Shown here in pieces: positions 55,814 to 64,000 of a DNA stretch of 64,000 nucleotides (positions are counted from its first letter, which is position 1; every line of letters starts with the position of its first letter). Source of the DNA: an uncultured Candidatus Saccharibacteria bacterium (GTDB lineage: Bacteria > Patescibacteriota > Minisyncoccia > Phycocordibacterales > CSBR16-119); assembly GCA_964557535.1 (NCBI GenBank), contig CAZLAD010000002.1:21560-85559 (forward strand), given 5' to 3'. Made by a program: the position numbers and the translations under genes. A model generated the notes under the pieces. That model searched no databases. It was not told where the DNA came from and saw only the letters and a program-made list of their open reading frames with translations.

Positions 55814-57460
55814 CTATTTCTTCTTTATACACGCTTTTACAAACGCTGAGAAAAGCGGATGTGGTGAAAGTGGTCGCGCTAGGAATTCCGGATGAAACTG
55901 TGTGCCCAGCATAAACGGATGCGCGGATTTTGGCAGTTCAGCAATTTCCATAAGGACGCCATTTGGAGACTTGCCGGAGAAAACGAGCCCGGCCTTTTCG
56001 ATTTTCTCCACATACGCCGGATTGACTTCATAGCGATGTCGGTGACGCTCATCGATTTTCGTTTTGCCGTAGGCCTCGTAAGCAATTGTGTTTTTCGAGA
56101 CGACACACGGATATGTGCCGAGACGCATTGACCCGCCGAAATTTTTAATTTCCAACTTCTTCTTCTGATCCGGCATAATGTCGATGACCGGATTTTCCGT
56201 TTTTGGATTGATCTCGACAGTGTTCGCGTCTTTGAGGCCCAAAACATTGCGTGCGTATTCGACAACCATAAGTTGCATGCCGTAACAAAGCCCGAAATAT
56301 GGGATTTTGTTTTTGCGAGCATGTTCGATAACTTTTATCTTGCCCTCGACGCCCGTTTCTCCAAACCCACCCGGCACAAGTATGCCGTCAAAATTTTTGA
56401 GCTTTTCGAGAGTTTTACCGCCTTTTTCAAAAGACTTCGCGTCAAGCCACGAAAGCTCGGTTTTGACACCGTTATACGCACCAGAAATTTTGAGTGCCTC
56501 TATGACTGAAATATACGCGTCAGAGAGAACGAAGTCGCCCGTTTCGAAGTACTTCCCAACAACGGCAATTTTCACTGCACTTTTGACATTATCCATTTTC
56601 GATACAAATGCTCGCCACTCTTTCAAATCTTTTTTCTTTGGCTTGATATCAAAATATTTGAGTATCCGCGCAGACAAACCATCGTTTTCAAAATTAATTG
56701 GGACGTCATAAATATTTTTGACATTCGGCGCTGAGATAACATCATCGGCCGAATAAAGTCCTGACATGTTGGCAATTTTCTCCTTGCGCTTCTTGTCGAC
56801 TGGTTGGTCGGCACGAGCAATAATGATATTTGGGTGGACTCCGTAACCATTCATCTGAGACACAGCGTTTTGGGTTGGTTTGGTTTTCATCTCCCCAATC
56901 GAAGACGGCATCGGCAGGTATGAGACCATCACAAACATCACATTTCCCGGATTTTGGAGTTTGAGCTGGCGTGCGGCTTCTAGAAAAATAGCATTTTGGT
57001 ATTCGCCAATTGTCCCGCCAATTTCTACTATGACAAATTCACTTTTATTTACTTCGATACATTCATCAATACGACGCAGAATTTCTTCGGTGATGTGATA
57101 TGTCGGTTCGACGCATTTACCCCGATAACCGAGCGCGCGTTCTTTGTCGATGACGTATTTGAAGACCATGCCGTTCGTCATATAGTTCTGCTTCGGCAAA
57201 CTCTTATTTAGAAATCTCTCGTAATTGCCCATGTCTTGATCGGTTTCAAGTCCCGAGTCGAGCACGAAGACTTCGCCGTGCTCGGTCGGATTCATAGTGC
57301 CAGCATCGACATTTAAATAAGGGTCGGCTTTTATCAAGCTGACCCGAAAACCTTTTGACTCCATAATAGTGCCGATAGAAGATGTCGTGACTCCCTTACC
57401 CACCCCAGACATTACGCCCCCGACAACAAAGATATATTTTGTATTTCTTTTATTTTTCAT
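55814..57460 (-). CDS. pyrG: CTP synthase
   Basis: GGVMSGVGKG, DPYLNVDAGTM.P.EHGEV, GLCYGMQ, QFHPEF. Confidence 0.97.
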   Translation of the reverse strand: MKNKRNTKYIFVVGGVMSGVGKGVTTSSIGTIMESKGFRVSLIKADPYLNVDAGTMNPTEHGEVFVLDSGLETDQDMGNYERFLNKSLPKQNYMTNGMVFKYVIDKERALGYRGKCVEPTYHITEEILRRIDECIEVNKSEFVIVEIGGTIGEYQNAIFLEAARQLKLQNPGNVMFVMVSYLPMPSSIGEMKTKPTQNAVSQMNGYGVHPNIIIARADQPVDKKRKEKIANMSGLYSADDVISAPNVKNIYDVPINFENDGLSARILKYFDIKPKKKDLKEWRAFVSKMDNVKSAVKIAVVGKYFETGDFVLSDAYISVIEALKISGAYNGVKTELSWLDAKSFEKGGKTLEKLKNFDGILVPGGFGETGVEGKIKVIEHARKNKIPYFGLCYGMQLMVVEYARNVLGLKDANTVEINPKTENPVIDIMPDQKKKLEIKNFGGSMRLGTYPCVVSKNTIAYEAYGKTKIDERHRHRYEVNPAYVEKIEKAGLVFSGKSPNGVLMEIAELPKSAHPFMLGTQFHPEFLARPLSPHPLFSAFVKACIKKK

Positions 57461-57561
57461 CCCATTAGTGATTATCAATTGTGTTTTTTAACTAATTCAA
57501 GATTAATTTAATTTTTGAATCTTTTTGACATTTTATAAGTAATAATTTACGAAACAGGTTT

Positions 57562-58485
57562 TTATTTATTTAAATACGCACGGACAGCAGAAAAACTTGA
57601 GATGGCGCCCAAAATCATACCGAAGACCGCAGTGATAATAAACAACTGGAAGAAATTCGAAACATAATACGTATGGAGATTTAGTCCCAAAAATTCTGTC
57701 ATATTCGCGCCTACCCAAAGAGTAATCGGGTAGAAAATTATCATTGTAATAATCGAAGAAATAATGCCATAAAGCATTCCTTCGACCAAAAACGGTCCGC
57801 GAATATAGTGATTTTCGGCCCCAACAACTCGCATGACTGATATCTCATCACGAGAAATATAGATAACCAAACGGATAGTGTTGAAAGTAATGATGAGCGA
57901 AATAACCATTAGAACGATGGTGACAGCAATCCCTAGGCGTCGCGCACCTTCGGTAATAGAAATTAGGCGATCAATAACAAGTTTATTTTGAGAATAGTTA
58001 ACTTTATCAATTATGACCTTGTTGCCAGACCCAAGAGCGCCCTTGTTATCGAGAAATGTCGCAATGGCTTCGTAATCAGCCGTGTCGATGGCTTTTATAT
58101 TTAGAGTCGCTCCAAGAGGATTGCCGTCGAGTTCTTCGAGAGCCTGCAGAGTCAGAAAATCATTGGCGTGCCTTTCTTTGAAATTTTCCAAGGCTTGTTC
58201 AGCAGAAATATACTTTACCGAAGCAACTGTTGGCAATTCTTCGATTGATTTTTTGATTATTAAAATATCGGATTCTTCTGCTCCGACAGTCATATAGACA
58301 GTGACGTCAACTTTATCTTTGATTGAAGCGAGAGAAAAATTCAAAATTGCTTGAGAAAAAATTATCAGCGTCACGACCGACAAGGTAATAGTCATGACGA
58401 GAACGGAAGAAAGCGAAACAAAACTGCTTCTCTTGAAGTTAATGAATCCGGATTTTATGATGCGTCGTAGATCTAATATTTTCAT
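57562..58485 (-). CDS. ftsX: Cell division permease FtsX
   Basis: NTIRL.I..R.EI.VM..VGA...I.GPF..EG. Confidence 0.92.
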   Translation of the reverse strand: MKILDLRRIIKSGFINFKRSSFVSLSSVLVMTITLSVVTLIIFSQAILNFSLASIKDKVDVTVYMTVGAEESDILIIKKSIEELPTVASVKYISAEQALENFKERHANDFLTLQALEELDGNPLGATLNIKAIDTADYEAIATFLDNKGALGSGNKVIIDKVNYSQNKLVIDRLISITEGARRLGIAVTIVLMVISLIITFNTIRLVIYISRDEISVMRVVGAENHYIRGPFLVEGMLYGIISSIITMIIFYPITLWVGANMTEFLGLNLHTYYVSNFFQLFIITAVFGMILGAISSFSAVRAYLNK

Positions 58486-58549
58486 CCCGTTAGAAATTTA
58501 ATCTTTTAAAACTTTTTTCATAATATTTCCCCGTATTTCTAACGGGACG
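58483..58549. repeat. ATG-terminating inverted-repeat element between ftsE and ftsX
   Basis: CATCCCGTTAGAAAT ... ATTTCTAACGGGACG. Confidence 0.75.
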
Positions 58550-58554
58550 TGTAA

Positions 58555-59238
58555 CTAAACAATATATTTACCATGTGCTTCGTCACGCACAATTCTACCG
58601 TCTTCGAGCGTGACAACACGTTTTTTAATCGAATCAATAACACCCTTGTTGTGTGTGGTTAAAATTACTGTCGTACCCAAATCATTTATCTTTTTCAAAA
58701 TCTGAATAACTTCGAAAGTGTTAACTGGATCCAAATTCCCTGTCGGCTCATCGGCAATCACGACATCGGGGTTGTTGATAATAGCGCGGGCAATCGATAA
58801 ACGCTGTTTTTCTCCGCCAGAAAGCTGTCTAGGAAAATGATTTGCTTTGTCTGACATATCAACAAGTTCTAAAACGTGCGGGACATCTTCGGCAATTTCT
58901 TCGTCCGTCTTGCCTGCCATTTCCATAGCAAAGGCAATGTTTTCGTATGTTGTTTTGTTTGGCAACAAACGGAAATCTTGGAAAACCGTACCAATACCAC
59001 GACGATACTTGGTCAATTTCTTGCGTCGAAGTTTATGAATGTCGTGGCCATGAAAAGTAACTCGACCTTCGGTTGGAGATTCTTCACACAAAAGTAGTTT
59101 GGTAAAAGTTGTTTTGCCCGCGCCAGAATGACCAACGATCGATACGAATTCGCCCTTTTTTATTTCCAAATCCATATCCACAATAGAAGGATTCTTCGCA
59201 CCTTTATAAAATTTTGTAACACCCTCAAAAAGAATCAT
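58555..59238 (-). CDS. ftsE: Cell division ATP-binding protein FtsE
   Basis: GHSGAGKT, VFQDFRLL, LSGGE, ADEPTGNLDP; adjacent to ftsX. Confidence 0.93.
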   Translation of the reverse strand: MILFEGVTKFYKGAKNPSIVDMDLEIKKGEFVSIVGHSGAGKTTFTKLLLCEESPTEGRVTFHGHDIHKLRRKKLTKYRRGIGTVFQDFRLLPNKTTYENIAFAMEMAGKTDEEIAEDVPHVLELVDMSDKANHFPRQLSGGEKQRLSIARAIINNPDVVIADEPTGNLDPVNTFEVIQILKKINDLGTTVILTTHNKGVIDSIKKRVVTLEDGRIVRDEAHGKYIV

Positions 59239-59283
59239 GCCATAAAGTATAGCAAAAAATTGGCTCAGTCCGAAAAACTTTTT

Positions 59284-60162
59284 CTACAATTCGCGCTCGG
59301 CTTCGAGAAATTCGTCAATTTCGCCATTTTTAAAAACCTTGTCAATATTTCTCTCTTCGATTTCGGTTCTGTGATCTTTGATCATTTGATAAGGATGTAG
59401 GACATATGAACGAATCTGACTACCCCATTCGTTGGCTGTCGTTTTAGAAATCGATAACTCTTCGATGCTATCTTTCTTTTGCTCTTCGAGAATTCGAACG
59501 AGCTTACCTCGAAGCATTTCCATGGCTTTGGCGCGATTGGCCTCCTGACTACGTTCGGAGCTTTCATGAACAGCTATTCCCGTCGGTTTGTGAGTTATGC
59601 GAACAGCGGTGTCACGCTTGTTGACGTTTTGTCCACCGGCACCACCCGAACGTGTAAATGTCACCTCCAAATCATCGGGGGAAATCTGAATCTCATCGCT
59701 TTTATCCATAACCGGAATCACTTCAACCATCGAAAAAGATGTCTGTCGTTTTGAATTTGCATTAAATGGTGAAATGCGGACCAAACGATGCACACCAGAC
59801 TCGTTTTTTAGTTTGCCATAAACTCCCTTTCCCAAGATTTCAAAAACAATCGAACGATACCCTCCCGAGTCGGCACGCGTCTCGTCGTTGATTTTAAAAC
59901 CAAACGATTCTTTGTTCGCGTACTTCATATACATCTCAAAAAGCATGCGTGTAAAATCTTCGGCATCATCACCACCAGCACCGGAAAAAATGGTGATAAG
60001 GGCCGACTTCTTGTCGTACTTACCCAAGCCATCGAGGGAATCTTTTAATTCGCCGAGTTCTTTTATCATAGCTTGCGCCTTGTTTTTGTCAGACCAAAAA
60101 TCCGCCGAATTCATGGCGTTTTCGATTTCATTTATCCTTTGATTGATTACGTCTTTGTTCAT
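59284..60162 (-). CDS. prfB: Peptide chain release factor 2 (short, 292 aa)
   Basis: [33 protein letters not shown]. Confidence 0.92.
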   Translation of the reverse strand: MNKDVINQRINEIENAMNSADFWSDKNKAQAMIKELGELKDSLDGLGKYDKKSALITIFSGAGGDDAEDFTRMLFEMYMKYANKESFGFKINDETRADSGGYRSIVFEILGKGVYGKLKNESGVHRLVRISPFNANSKRQTSFSMVEVIPVMDKSDEIQISPDDLEVTFTRSGGAGGQNVNKRDTAVRITHKPTGIAVHESSERSQEANRAKAMEMLRGKLVRILEEQKKDSIEELSISKTTANEWGSQIRSYVLHPYQMIKDHRTEIEERNIDKVFKNGEIDEFLEAEREL

Positions 60163-60276
60163 TGTTTTATACTTTAGCGAAAAAAAGATAAAGAAGAAAG
60201 CCCGACACGAATTCACGCATCGAGCTTCCATGAGACTCACAAATGATCAGGTTCGTCCTTGTTGACCAAGATGATC

Positions 60277-60741
60277 TTAATCAAACGACAAGACGATGAG
60301 CTTACGAAGGAGCACCTCTGCTTCTCGGGGCTTTATCCTCTTGGAGTTCGAAAAGATTGCATAACTGTCACCGTCCGGATCATCTTTGATGGCCCCGACT
60401 CCTGCAGTATTCAAGCTGTTGTTTAATTCACAACGCTCATCTTCGGTAAGACCAAAAGCAACGACTCCCTGGCAATCCGGGTTGGTGGCCAAGTCGACGA
60501 TTTGCTCGAGATCTTCCGATACATAATTGCTATGATTTCTAAGAGACGTACCTGGAATTCCCAATTTCTCTTCGATTTCTCCTACGAACTTGGTGGAACT
60601 GCAAGACAGCTCTCCAATTAGTAGAAAAAATTGCTGTTTGTTTCTACTGTAATGTTCTCTTGCTTTGTGTCGAAGCTGGTCTGGACCAAGACCACGCTCT
60701 ACGTACAGATGAGGCGCCTTCCCTTTGAGTGCTTGTAGCAT
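60277..60741 (-). CDS. Orphan protein (cassette class)
   Basis: TTGACT-17-TATATT, leader AAAAAACAAGACACC-ATG. Confidence 0.6.
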   Translation of the reverse strand: MLQALKGKAPHLYVERGLGPDQLRHKAREHYSRNKQQFFLLIGELSCSSTKFVGEIEEKLGIPGTSLRNHSNYVSEDLEQIVDLATNPDCQGVVAFGLTEDERCELNNSLNTAGVGAIKDDPDGDSYAIFSNSKRIKPREAEVLLRKLIVLSFD

Positions 60742-60834
60742 GGTGTCTTGTTTTTTCTATAATATAATTATAAAAACCTCAAAAGTCAAGGTGATTTTAA
60801 AATCATCCACATCCTATATTTAAAAACGTTTTTG

Positions 60835-60907
60835 AGCCATCTCCCGGGATTGAACCGGGGGCCTCATCTTTACGAAAGATGCGCTCTACCAACTGAGCTA
60901 AGATGGC
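60835..60907 (-). tRNA. tRNA-Thr(CGU)
   Basis: GCCATCT acceptor; CATCT-TTCGTAA-AGATG anticodon arm. Confidence 0.93.
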
Positions 60908-60939
60908 TCGCCAATTGTGTGCGACATTTATCCCGTGAG

Positions 60940-61012
60940 AGCCGATGGCGAGACTTGCACTCGCGGCCTCCCCCTTACCATGGGGGTGCTCGACTACCTG
61001 AGCTTCATCGGC
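60940..61012 (-). tRNA. tRNA-Thr(GGU)
   Basis: GCCGATG acceptor; CCCCC-ATGGTAA-GGGGG anticodon arm; T-loop TGCAAGT. Confidence 0.88.
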
Positions 61013-61170
61013 TCTCATGAGACAAAGTATTTTATCTTGGCGACAGTCGTCATGATAGCCAAAAGCCCGCTATATTTCAAGCGAGCTTTCTTTGACGAGA
61101 ACAAAAAGGGATTGAAAAGTAGAGGCTTTTATGTTAGTTTTTACCTATTGTCGCGTCAGACGCGACTTAT

Positions 61171-61244
61171 GTCGGGGTAGCTCAGACGGTTAGAGCGTAG
61201 CACTCATAACGCTAAGGTCGAGAGTTCGATTCTCTCCCCCGACA
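61171..61244 (+). tRNA. tRNA with CAU anticodon (elongator Met or Ile2)
   Basis: GTCGGGG/CCCCGAC paired at 1-72; loop CTCATAA. Confidence 0.88.
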
Positions 61245-61393
61245 CAGCGTGCGGGGAGGAAAGCAAACGACTTTGCTTTCCGTGAGGAATCGAAGGCCGG
61301 AGTCATGTCTCAAGCAATTAAAGAGACAGGCGAGGCGGGGTCGCGACCTTTTGCCAGGCAAAAGAGTTGTGACCGATTCTCTCCCCCGACACA
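61227..61393 (+). repeat. 20-bp tRNA 3'-end direct repeat flanking a multi-hairpin insert
   Basis: CGATTCTCTCCCCCGACACA at 61227-61246 and 61374-61393. Confidence 0.85.
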
Positions 61394-61444
61394 AAAACAT
61401 TGGCGATTTTAGGCTTTTTGTGATAGACTTTCGCCATTGTTATT

Positions 61445-61518
61445 GCGGGCGTAGCTCAACTGGTTAGAGCACTCCCCTGTCACGGGAGAGGTTGCGGGTT
61501 CGAGTCCCGTCGCTCGCG
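61445..61518 (+). tRNA. tRNA-Asp(GUC), intronless
   Basis: CTCCC-CTGTCAC-GGGAG anticodon arm; TTCGAG T-loop. Confidence 0.95.
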
Positions 61519-61522
61519 CAGC

Positions 61523-61559
61523 AAAGTGAAAAGCCGCCTTTTGGCGGCTTTTCACTTTT
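61523..61559. terminator. Bidirectional terminator between convergent tRNAs
   Basis: AAAGTGAAAAGCCGCC-tttt-GGCGGCTTTTCACTTT. Confidence 0.8.
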
Positions 61560-61570
61560 TCTTAAGTTTG

Positions 61571-61641
61571 TTGCGGGGGGCCGACTCGAACGGCCGTCCT
61601 CAGGTTATGAGCCTGATGAGTTACCACTACTCCACCCCGCT
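61571..61641 (-). tRNA. Initiator tRNA-fMet(CAU)
   Basis: AGCGGGGTGGAGTAG start, unpaired 1/72, TCAGG-CTCATAA-CCTGA anticodon arm. Confidence 0.85.
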
Positions 61642-61690
61642 ATAATAAGTAGGTTGATTATATATATTTTGAAGATTTTGACAATAGTAA

Positions 61691-62254
61691 CTAAATAATC
61701 TCAAACTCTTTAAAAACACTCTCGTAGAGTTCGATAGTTTTTTTCGCCTCTCGATAAGATAAATTGTAAGACAAACCTTCGTGCGCTATTCGATTTCTAA
61801 CTTTATGAGCTTCCCATGCATTGTCTAAATTTTTAAAATGATTAGGATTTGCATTCTTTAGCCTTTCTCCCAAATCTGCACCAACAAGCCCCAACTTCAC
61901 TGTCAATTGATCGAGCATGTTATCGGCCTCGATTATCGCGATTCGCCAATCAGTAGAATTGTCTGATTTTATGTGTTTAACAATCGCTTGCCATCTTTCA
62001 TTGTTTGTACCATCTTTGTGGGCAGTTTCTGCATGACGGATAAGTTCAAAATACTTATCATCATTTTTCTTTTTCCTTTCTCTCAGTCGCATCACAGAAT
62101 ATATAGTCAGGCCCAAAAAAAATATTCCGACAAGCGCCAAAAGAAACATTATAAAATTTTTAAATCCCTGACTTGGGCCACTTAGGCTGACGTCTGTACT
62201 AAACAGATTATAAATCTTTAGGAAAAACCAATCTAAGAAATTTGGACCATACAT
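61691..62254 (-). CDS. Conserved single-TM hypothetical protein
   Basis: W..AIIEAD.MLD...GERLK...AWEAHKVRNRIAHE (HEPN-like RxxxxH). Confidence 0.75.
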   Translation of the reverse strand: MYGPNFLDWFFLKIYNLFSTDVSLSGPSQGFKNFIMFLLALVGIFFLGLTIYSVMRLRERKKKNDDKYFELIRHAETAHKDGTNNERWQAIVKHIKSDNSTDWRIAIIEADNMLDQLTVKLGLVGADLGERLKNANPNHFKNLDNAWEAHKVRNRIAHEGLSYNLSYREAKKTIELYESVFKEFEII

Positions 62255-62257
62255 AAA

Positions 62258-63670
62258 TTATTTTTTATAACTCTCATAATTTTTTCCGACCTCAAACAAC
62301 AATTTTTCACCAAAATGTGGCGCCATGAGTTGAATATCAAGCGGTAGCCCTTTTTGAGAAACGCCGGCAGGGATAGAGATGGCGGGCACACCAGTGATGT
62401 TGGCCGGTACGGTGAAAATGTCAGATAGATACATGGCAAGCGGGTCTTTCTTGGCACCAGGTGCGAATGCTGGGCTTGGCGTTGTTGGCGTCGCAATCAA
62501 ATCAACTTCTTCAAAAACTTTGTTCATGGCAGACGTAATAGCATGGCGAAGTTTGATGGCTTTGTTGTAATACGCATCATAATAGCCGTGTGAGAGAACA
62601 TACGTGCCGAGCAAAATGCGACGCTTGGCCTCTTTGCCGAAGCCGGCTTCTTTGGTTTTCTTGTACGAATCAGCCACATCTTTGCCTTCGACCGAAAGTC
62701 CAAAACGAATTCCATCAAAACGCGCGAGGTTCGTCGAAACTTCCGCCGGCATGAGAACATAATACACGGCTAGAGAATACTCCATGAGTGGGACTTCAAT
62801 ATCAACAATTTCATAACCAAGCGCACGAAGCTTCTCGAGACTTTTTTCAAAGTTTTCAAGTGTTTCCGGATCAATTCCCTCGCCCTTTAGAAATCCTCGG
62901 GGCACGCCGATTTTTTTCACTGTAGTTTTTTTACAAATTCTATCTTTTTCTAAAATAGCCGTGCTATCTTTTGGATCTTCTTTGGCGAGTGCACTAAAAA
63001 CAATTTCTGAATCTTCTACTGTCTTAGTAAAAGGTCCGATGATATCAAGTGACGATCCCATAGCCATGAGTCCGCTTCGGGAAATTGTGCCATATGTAGG
63101 TTTCAGTCCAACAACTCCACAAAAACCCGCCGGTTGGCGAATTGATCCACCCGTATCAGAACCAAGGGCAAAGAGCGCCATATCACCAGCGACAGAGGCG
63201 GCTGACCCGCCCGATGAACCTCCGGCAACCGTTTCGAGATTTCTTGGATTTTTGGTAATTCCATACGCACTTGTTTCGGTCGAAGAACCCATGGCAAATT
63301 CGTCCATGTTTGTCCGGCCCAAAATCACAGCGCCTTCAGCTTTCAGAGTTTCAATAACTTTGGCGTCATACGTAGCAATATAATTTTCAAGAATTTTTGA
63401 AGAGGCGCTAGCGTGATGACCCTTGAATAGCAAGTTGTCTTTGATCGCCAGAGGAATGCCGGTCAGATTTTTCATCTCGCCACGAACAATCATTTCATCA
63501 GCAACTTTTGCCTGGGCGAGCGCATCGTCAAAAACTTCCAAAAATGCATTTATGTCTACGTTTTTATTTTTAATTTCTTCTATATATGCATTCGTAAGAT
63601 CGACAGAAGTAAATTCTCCGTTTTTTAGAGCCTCTCGCGCTTTTGCAATTGTTAGATTTTTTAAATCCAT
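62258..63670 (-). CDS. gatA: Asp/Glu-tRNA amidotransferase subunit A
   Basis: NMDEFAMGSSTE, GGSSGGSAA, GSDTGGSIRQPA, KRRILLGT. Confidence 0.96.
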   Translation of the reverse strand: MDLKNLTIAKAREALKNGEFTSVDLTNAYIEEIKNKNVDINAFLEVFDDALAQAKVADEMIVRGEMKNLTGIPLAIKDNLLFKGHHASASSKILENYIATYDAKVIETLKAEGAVILGRTNMDEFAMGSSTETSAYGITKNPRNLETVAGGSSGGSAASVAGDMALFALGSDTGGSIRQPAGFCGVVGLKPTYGTISRSGLMAMGSSLDIIGPFTKTVEDSEIVFSALAKEDPKDSTAILEKDRICKKTTVKKIGVPRGFLKGEGIDPETLENFEKSLEKLRALGYEIVDIEVPLMEYSLAVYYVLMPAEVSTNLARFDGIRFGLSVEGKDVADSYKKTKEAGFGKEAKRRILLGTYVLSHGYYDAYYNKAIKLRHAITSAMNKVFEEVDLIATPTTPSPAFAPGAKKDPLAMYLSDIFTVPANITGVPAISIPAGVSQKGLPLDIQLMAPHFGEKLLFEVGKNYESYKK

Positions 63671-63674
63671 AAAA

Positions 63675-63950
63675 TTAGAGAATCTTTTTAACTTTCACAA
63701 AGCCATTTTCTGTTCGCGGTGCTGAAGCAAGCAAGTCGTCAGAAAATTCTCCGGTCTGGTGAGTCGCGACATCTGGTCTGGTAACGTTTTGCGTAGGATA
63801 CGAAGGCGAAACATCGCCCACATCAACCGATTCAATTTGATTGATGTAGCCCAAAATCAATTCAAAATCTTTTTTGAATCCTTCGGCTTCTCCCGAACCT
63901 ATTTCTATCTTGGCTAATTCTGCCAATTTCTCTATCGCCTTTTCGTCCAT
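63675..63950 (-). CDS. gatC: Asp/Glu-tRNA amidotransferase subunit C
   Basis: LAELAKI...IL.YI.QI...R.D...AP....FVKV; upstream of gatA. Confidence 0.9.
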   Translation of the reverse strand: MDEKAIEKLAELAKIEIGSGEAEGFKKDFELILGYINQIESVDVGDVSPSYPTQNVTRPDVATHQTGEFSDDLLASAPRTENGFVKVKKIL

Positions 63951-64000
63951 CCCATTAGAAGATTTTAGTAATAATTTGACCTTTTCCCGTAACTTTTCGA

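Noticed and set aside
60163-60240. N-terminal extension or frameshifted first segment of prfB
   Set aside because: The upstream sequence is terminator/promoter-like and has no slippery CTTTGA site.
60803-61698. Short ORFs over the tRNA cluster
   Set aside because: These are shadow translations of tRNA genes.

Overview
This window most likely comes from a Patescibacteria/CPR (Parcubacteria-like) chromosome. That assignment is inferred from gene content and the many leaderless-looking starts, not from a search. Housekeeping genes include ddl, lexA, uppP, gdhA, truB, rnhB, dnaE, secA, secG, rnj, pyrG, ftsEX, prfB and gatAC, plus seven tRNAs. Five features stand out. (1) tRNA-Asn(GUU) is split by a group I intron encoding an HNH endonuclease. 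(2) Two related serine-recombinase elements sit at the CCA ends of tRNA-Asn and tRNA-Gln and share a conserved end motif. The Gln element carries a ParB-methylase, a KAP NTPase and an AdoHcyase-like/ThyX/methyltransferase operon. (3) A dispersed class of monocistronic cassettes each has its own sigma70 promoter, an A/C-rich SD-less leader and a GC-rich hairpin terminator. Their recognisable products look Bacteroidota-like: a T9SS-tailed secreted protein, a free RNAP alpha-CTD and a PurH half. Three are stacked in tandem at a duplicated secA 3' end. (4) An inverted-repeat element has a terminus that supplies the ATG of six genes. (5) There are several candidate structured RNA/ssDNA motifs. No CRISPR array, rRNA or complete prophage was seen. 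All homology calls are by eye.
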